Positions 58,634 through 64,000 of a stretch of DNA of 64,000 nucleotides are shown here, piece by piece. The stretch is taken from the NCBI GenBank assembly GCA_028715115.1, contig JAQUSN010000001.1:67314-131313 (forward strand), given 5' to 3'. The DNA comes from Patescibacteria group bacterium. GTDB lineage: Bacteria > Patescibacteriota > Patescibacteriia > UBA2591 > UBA4787. The position numbers and the translations under genes are program-made. The notes below the pieces were generated by a model, which searched no databases, was not told where the DNA came from, and saw nothing but the letters and a program-made list of their open reading frames with translations. How positions within the stretch are numbered: the stretch's first letter is position 1; each line of letters starts with the position of its first letter.

Positions 58634-58775
58634 AGATCCTCTTCGCGCCATTAAGAAATAATGGCGTTTTTAATTAATTTTTAAAAATTAAGAGACTAAT
58701 TAAAAGACTATCTTATATTATTAATATTAAATTAAAATTTTACTTTGTCAATTATTTATCCACACCAGCCCTAAA

Positions 58776-59156
58776 TTAGGGGACTGGACTGACTGATCGG
58801 AAAATAATACTAAAGACAAAGTTAAGAATCGAATAACTGGCAAAAATCAAGGCCAGACCCAAGGCCGCCCAAACCATAGTATCGCGCCCACTTCTGATTT
58901 TATCTTCACTGCCGCCGGAGGTCATCCATTGAATACCACCCCAGATAAACATCACCAAGGCCAAAATTCCCAAAACATTTAAAACGCCGCGAATAATTCT
59001 GCCAATAATAAGCGATAAATCAGTCGTGCATAAAGGGTTGGGCAATTCCCCTGGACCAGCTGTACAACTAGCGGCCTCGGCGAAAACGGGAATGCCCGTC
59101 AAAGACAAAATGATAATTAAGCTAAATGATAAAACTATTTTTTGCCAATTCTTCAT
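58776..59156 (-). CDS. VirB2/TrbC-like pilin
   Basis: LPNPL and WGGIQWMTSGGSEDKI. Confidence 0.85.
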   Translation of the reverse strand: MKNWQKIVLSFSLIIILSLTGIPVFAEAASCTAGPGELPNPLCTTDLSLIIGRIIRGVLNVLGILALVMFIWGGIQWMTSGGSEDKIRSGRDTMVWAALGLALIFASYSILNFVFSIIFRSVSPVP

Positions 59157-59184
59157 AAAAATTATAATGAATCAAGTATTAAAT

Positions 59185-59862
59185 TTAATTACCGCATGGC
59201 TGAGCTGTATCACCGAATAAAACAGTGTTGGTAGTTTTATCCATTTTGCCATCCTGGCGATTACAGCTGGTGTTTTTTTCTTGAAAGGCCTTTAGCGCTG
59301 CTTTGGTTTGATCGCCAAAACAGCCATCAATAATCGGTTCTCCGCATTTAAAGGTGGTTAATTTCTGCTGAACGTTGCGAACGGCCGTGCTTTTACAGGG
59401 CACGTCCCAAACGCCGCTATCAACCACTGGGCATTCATTCCATTTTTCAAAACATTTTGGTTGTTGAAGCGAATATTCTTCGTCCACACCTAAAATTTTC
59501 ATAAAATTGAAGACGATTACATAGGCAGAAAGCACTATCACAATGCCGATGACGGCGCCGATAATGGCATTTTTACCGTCAGAAACTTTTTGCGCATTGC
59601 CAGCCGAAGTCATCCAAAGTATCCCGCCATAAATAAAAACCACCAAAGCGGCTACGCCCAAAAATTTTAAAATAATAGAGGCAATATTGATGGCAAATCG
59701 CTCAGCGCTAGTTAGGGTACATTCGCCGTTATCGCGACAATCTTCTATTCCAGACCAAAGATTAATCGATTGGGCCTGAGTGGTTTTTAAAATAAAAAAT
59801 AGGCCACCCACCACTAAAATTATCGCCATCAAAACAATAAATGTTTTTTGTTTATTAAACAT
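59185..59862 (-). CDS. VirB2/TrbC-like pilin with C-terminal peptidoglycan-binding-like domain
   Basis: YGGILWMTSAGN, then VQQKL..DGCFGDQTKAALKAFQ. Confidence 0.82.
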   Translation of the reverse strand: MFNKQKTFIVLMAIILVVGGLFFILKTTQAQSINLWSGIEDCRDNGECTLTSAERFAINIASIILKFLGVAALVVFIYGGILWMTSAGNAQKVSDGKNAIIGAVIGIVIVLSAYVIVFNFMKILGVDEEYSLQQPKCFEKWNECPVVDSGVWDVPCKSTAVRNVQQKLTTFKCGEPIIDGCFGDQTKAALKAFQEKNTSCNRQDGKMDKTTNTVLFGDTAQPCGN

Positions 59863-59866
59863 AATT

Positions 59867-60493
59867 TTACCTTTCTTCTATTAACGGCACGAAAATAAAA
59901 CCGGGAAATTTTTTAGTTTGATAGTCGGTTTGTGTTTTTCGTTCAATTATATATATCTCTTGTCTGTCTATGCCAACCGGCACGACAATACGGCCGCCAA
60001 TTCTTATTTGTGAAAAAAGTTGTTTTGGCAATTCAGCGGAGGCTGCGCCCACATGGATAATATCATAGGGTGCGAATTCGGGCAAGCCTTTCGAGCCATC
60101 GGCAGTCATAAAAACAGCTCGACCGCTGGAAACAAATTTATATTTTTCTGCATTCTGCTCGCCAAATTCTTTAAGTTCATTAATCCTTTCTAGGCCATAA
60201 ATCTTACCCTCTGGTCCGACGATTTCTGAAAATAAAGCTGTAGTCCAACCCGATCCAGAGCCAATGTCTAAGACCCTGTCTCCCCTTTTAGGTTGGCAAA
60301 GCTCCAACATAAAGGCTACTGTTGAGGGCTGGGAATTAGTTTGGCCATAACCAATTTCCTGTGGCACGTCTAAATCAGCCACGCCCCGATTCAAGGATAA
60401 AATAAAATCGGAACGTTTTATCCTTTTAAAAGCCTCGATAATAATCGAAGTTTTAAGAATATCTGATTGTATTAATTGTTCAGCTAAATCCAT
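59867..60493 (-). CDS. pcm: Protein-L-isoaspartate O-methyltransferase
   Basis: IGYGQTNSQP, VLDIGSGSGW, APYDIIHV and FVPL. Confidence 0.93.
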   Translation of the reverse strand: MDLAEQLIQSDILKTSIIIEAFKRIKRSDFILSLNRGVADLDVPQEIGYGQTNSQPSTVAFMLELCQPKRGDRVLDIGSGSGWTTALFSEIVGPEGKIYGLERINELKEFGEQNAEKYKFVSSGRAVFMTADGSKGLPEFAPYDIIHVGAASAELPKQLFSQIRIGGRIVVPVGIDRQEIYIIERKTQTDYQTKKFPGFIFVPLIEER

Positions 60494-60588
60494 AACTTTA
60501 TTGCTAGTGGAGTTGGCCCGCTTCGACTTGCGTTAAGCGAGGCAATTAATGAGAGACCTACCCGACAGTAGACAGGGTTTAATACCCC

Positions 60589-61107
60589 TTATTTTTGCAT
60601 AATTTCTTTAATTAGCCAAGTGGAAAAGAGGGCTATTAAGATTCCGCCCAACACATCAGAAGGATAATGCACGCCCCCAACCACGCGAGCCAGACCAATA
60701 ATAAGGGCCGAAATTACAAAAATTATTCCCAAAATTCTGTTAACTCGCCAAAAGTTAAGCGAAAAAACAAATCCTAAAATAGTATGGTTAGAGGGAAATG
60801 ACTGAGAGCTGGTGATGTTGATTAGCTGATCAGAGATTCTATAAACCAAAAACGGGCGGTGGCGGTGATAAAATAAACCGATTAATAAATAAACTAATTC
60901 TGCCAAGGCTAAACTTAGAATCAAACTTAATAAGGCCCGACCATATCTTACCTTTCTCGCTCGAGGCACTAAAAAATAGGACAAAACGGCGATCATCGGC
61001 AGAAAAGCAATCAAGAAATCAGCGAAAAAAATAATCAAACCGTCCAGCCATAAAGAATGCCCAGCTAAACCGTTTAAAAAATTAAAGATGTAATAATCTA
61101 AAGTCAT
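60589..61107 (-). CDS. PAP2 family (undecaprenyl-diphosphatase-like) phosphatase
   Basis: RPF, SFPSNH and ARVVGGVHYPSD. ATG 61107 overlaps the upstream TGA. Confidence 0.9.
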   Translation of the reverse strand: MTLDYYIFNFLNGLAGHSLWLDGLIIFFADFLIAFLPMIAVLSYFLVPRARKVRYGRALLSLILSLALAELVYLLIGLFYHRHRPFLVYRISDQLINITSSQSFPSNHTILGFVFSLNFWRVNRILGIIFVISALIIGLARVVGGVHYPSDVLGGILIALFSTWLIKEIMQK

Positions 61108-63494
61108 AAGGCCTTTTTTAATTTTAAGAATAAACCAAATAAAAACAAGGCCAAGGTCGCGGCGATAAAAATTAAATACTTCGTCGCCTGGCCGTTGGTT
61201 AATTTTAGCCAAAGATTGCCAATTGAAGAAGATAAATTATTTATTTCAGCATTTTTCCCTAAAGGTTCATCTGCTTCAACCGTCTCCATCACAGAATTAT
61301 TTTGAATAATTAAATCACTATTAAATCGCGGTAAAATTTTCCAACCGATCTGATCGGGCAATAAAATTCCTTGTGCTATAACTTCTTGACCTTCTTTAAA
61401 TATTTTTTTATCGATGTCTATTTTATTAGAAATAGAAACAACCACTTCGTCGTTGCCGTCGTCTATAAAAAACTTATTACCTTGTTTATCAATTAATTGC
61501 CCTTGAATTTTTACTAAACTACCAATCAAATCTTCATTTAAATCGCTAATGGTCGTCGATTTTACTTCTGCCGGCTGCCTAACGGAAACTATAACTAAAT
61601 CTTCGGGCTGTTTTATTTTTATGCGATGTTGTGATAAAACAGAAGACAACAAACCCTTAACTTCAACTAAGTCGCCAATTTCTAACGGCGGAAAATCGCA
61701 TCGCGAACAATAAACCTGCAAACCATTTAAATAAAAATATGTTTTGGCGAACATATTTGGCGGCGCGACAACTACGCCTTGAAAAATAATCTTATCATTT
61801 TCCGATAAATCGCTTAAATCAAATAATTCAATGGGCTTATAATCAGAATCACCGCCGGTTTGCTTAAAATTATCATCATTTTCTTCTCTTTCTTCATCCG
61901 AACTAAAAACATTAGCCAATCCCGGCGTAGGATTATTTGTGTAAGCCCAGGTGCCAAAAATATTTTTAGCATAACTGGCTCCCTTGGGCGAATCTTTATA
62001 GTCGATTTGTTCTTGAATGGTTTTATCGGGACGAATGAGGCGAACCGAATCAAAAGTATTATTAAGAATTAGTTTAGTTTGCTGGCGACCTAAAACTAAA
62101 TAATTTTGCGGGGAAATTTTAATGCCGCTGGTAACAATATAAGCGCGGCTGCCTCCTTCGCTATCGTCTAATTGCCAATTACTCAAATCAACTTCTGTTA
62201 AGCTTGGATTAAACAATTCCACCCACTCATTTTCGGCAGCGTCTTTAGGATTGGGCAAAAACTCAGAAATAAAAATTGACGACGTTAGACTTGCGGACTG
62301 CCCGTTTTCCTCACTGGCGGAAAGATCTAAATTATTTGCCTGGCCCGGGGTTGGAATCAAACTAAAATAAAAATCGTTTTTATCGTTATTAGTATCAATA
62401 CCGTTTTGTCGTCCGATAGATTTGCTTTTGCCGGGCCGCAGCGCATTGTCGTCCAGATTCCCATCTTCAAAATCACCGTAAGTAATTTTATCGATAATTG
62501 TTGATCCGTTCTTTAAAATTAAAACGTCACCGCTATTATTTAAAGTAAAAGTAAAATCACCGCTATCCAAAACCTTATATTGTTGAGGAGATAAAATAAT
62601 GTTCGACAAAATTTTTAGTTTAGCAGTATTGTCTTCAATGGTCCAATTATTTAAATCTATTACTTGGTTGGTTGAATTATAAAACTCCGTCCATTCTTTT
62701 TCGTTTTTAGTCAAATCCGGTTCAGGAAAAATTTCACTGATCAAAATGTCTCCCGATTTAATTTCGTATGGCGCACTTCCGCCACCGCCCCCGGAAGGCG
62801 GCATACCGCAATCAGCCGAACAATTCATCTGGTTTTCTCCTGATTCGCAAACGTCATTGCCGCAAACTGGTCCGACAATGGGCGGCGTGGAAGAAGCTTG
62901 TGAATTCTGCGGATTGGGCGTGGTTTGTAAGAAAAAATCATTAAAATTATTATCAGTATCTTCTCCGTTGCCATCGGACGCGCCAGGTTTTCTCTCTAAA
63001 CTTTGGCTAACTCCGGGATTAGCCGGAGTTGAGCTTGTCTCGCCCTCAAAGAAAGGATTAATATGCCTGGTTCCCCAAATTAAAGCATCGATTAAAACAT
63101 CGGTGTCGTCCAATAAACCAATACTATTATTATTGGCGATGGAGGCAGTACTTGTCTCATCGGCAGCAAGGCCCTGACCATAACCATCTTCCGAATTAGC
63201 CCAAAGAAAATGCCCATGAGCTGGGATAGATTTACCGCTAGAAAATACTTTTATAGAATATTCTGCGCCTGATTGGGTTCGTTTATGTAATTTCCACCCT
63301 CCGACATCAACCGCCGATTCGGTGGGATTATATACTTCTATAAAATCATTAGTGGTTTGATCTCCGGTAATCTGTGTTTCGCTAATAACCAAATGATTTG
63401 ACCAGTCAGCTTTAGCAAAATTAAAATAAAAAAAGCCGGAGCACAAAAAGACTCCGGTTAAAACAATCCTAAACGCTATGCTGGACTTGGGCAT
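61104..63494 (-). CDS. Lamin-tail-domain protein with OB-fold-like domains and C-terminal TM
   Basis: Three ISE...(D/E)(F/W)xExN repeats with TPG ends, signal peptide and C-terminal anchor. Confidence 0.82.
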   Translation of the reverse strand: MPKSSIAFRIVLTGVFLCSGFFYFNFAKADWSNHLVISETQITGDQTTNDFIEVYNPTESAVDVGGWKLHKRTQSGAEYSIKVFSSGKSIPAHGHFLWANSEDGYGQGLAADETSTASIANNNSIGLLDDTDVLIDALIWGTRHINPFFEGETSSTPANPGVSQSLERKPGASDGNGEDTDNNFNDFFLQTTPNPQNSQASSTPPIVGPVCGNDVCESGENQMNCSADCGMPPSGGGGGSAPYEIKSGDILISEIFPEPDLTKNEKEWTEFYNSTNQVIDLNNWTIEDNTAKLKILSNIILSPQQYKVLDSGDFTFTLNNSGDVLILKNGSTIIDKITYGDFEDGNLDDNALRPGKSKSIGRQNGIDTNNDKNDFYFSLIPTPGQANNLDLSASEENGQSASLTSSIFISEFLPNPKDAAENEWVELFNPSLTEVDLSNWQLDDSEGGSRAYIVTSGIKISPQNYLVLGRQQTKLILNNTFDSVRLIRPDKTIQEQIDYKDSPKGASYAKNIFGTWAYTNNPTPGLANVFSSDEEREENDDNFKQTGGDSDYKPIELFDLSDLSENDKIIFQGVVVAPPNMFAKTYFYLNGLQVYCSRCDFPPLEIGDLVEVKGLLSSVLSQHRIKIKQPEDLVIVSVRQPAEVKSTTISDLNEDLIGSLVKIQGQLIDKQGNKFFIDDGNDEVVVSISNKIDIDKKIFKEGQEVIAQGILLPDQIGWKILPRFNSDLIIQNNSVMETVEADEPLGKNAEINNLSSSIGNLWLKLTNGQATKYLIFIAATLALFLFGLFLKLKKAL

Positions 63495-63499
63495 AAAAT

Positions 63500-63880
63500 C
63501 TATCTAAAGAAATAGTCCCACCAATTGATTGGATTAATTTGCTGAAATTGTTTTTTATCTATTTGAGAATTTTTATCTTTCTCGGGAATAATTATAGCCA
63601 CTTTTTCATCCGGCCTCTGCAGGCCGAATTTGAGACGAGCCTCTCTTTCCTTATAGAAGTCCGTATTAGCCTGCATTAATAAATTATTTAGCTGGCCGTT
63701 TTTTTCTTCCAAGGCCACGATATTCTTTTCTAAATCTCTTATTTGAGACCTGATGGATAAAAATTTTATCGTCTGCTTGCCCAGGGCTATTAAACAAAAA
63801 ATGAAAATAACGGCCAAAAGAATAGTAAGGTTCGTAGAAGAAAAAAACATTTTTAGTCCGTTATTTTTTCTGTCCTTCAT
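63500..63880 (-). CDS. Septum formation initiator (FtsB/DivIC family)
   Basis: TM plus coiled coil plus EREARLKFGLQRPDE. Confidence 0.85.
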   Translation of the reverse strand: MKDRKNNGLKMFFSSTNLTILLAVIFIFCLIALGKQTIKFLSIRSQIRDLEKNIVALEEKNGQLNNLLMQANTDFYKEREARLKFGLQRPDEKVAIIIPEKDKNSQIDKKQFQQINPINWWDYFFR

Positions 63881-64000
63881 ATATAATAATTTTACTGCTC
63901 TTTTTTATTAAAAAGACTGCGCCAAACCTGTCGATCAAAGCCCTTTAAATAGTATAAACAAATAAGATAAATCAGCCAAGCTAAGCCGGTTAATATAAAT

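Noticed and set aside
60500-60588. GC-richer spacer between pcm and the PAP2 gene as an ncRNA
   Set aside because: Only short imperfect stems, with no recognisable family or promoter.

Overview
AT-rich bacterial chromosomal segment using genetic code 11. Gene content points to Patescibacteria/CPR (inference): VirB2/TrbC-like pilin cluster, type IV pilin/minor pilin plus pilD locus with glycosylation genes, large S-layer-like protein, PaaX/Cas2-like gene, ECF sigma with DUF5667-like partner, and mostly SD-less housekeeping genes. Core genes are copA/csoR, ppsA, groES/EL, secG, tRNA-Leu(CAG), trpS, xth, two gpmI, eno, der, pth, pcm and an ftsB-like gene. The most striking signal is six dispersed GC-rich single-gene islets. 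Each has a sigma70-like promoter, a strong AAGGAG(G) Shine-Dalgarno and a GC-rich 3' hairpin. Most encode proteins that look built for a diderm envelope: T9SS-CTD-like cargo including a clan CD-like peptidase, a beta-barrel-like protein, and lipoproteins. Three of the six are interrupted by single-base lesions. Associated signals are boxA-like leaders, a shared TTGAC-N4-GTCAA palindrome, MITE-like elements abutting the -35 boxes and a 27-bp-stem structured RNA leader. A PaaX/Cas2-like gene is flanked by identical palindromes. All calls come from reading motifs by eye; no database searches were run.
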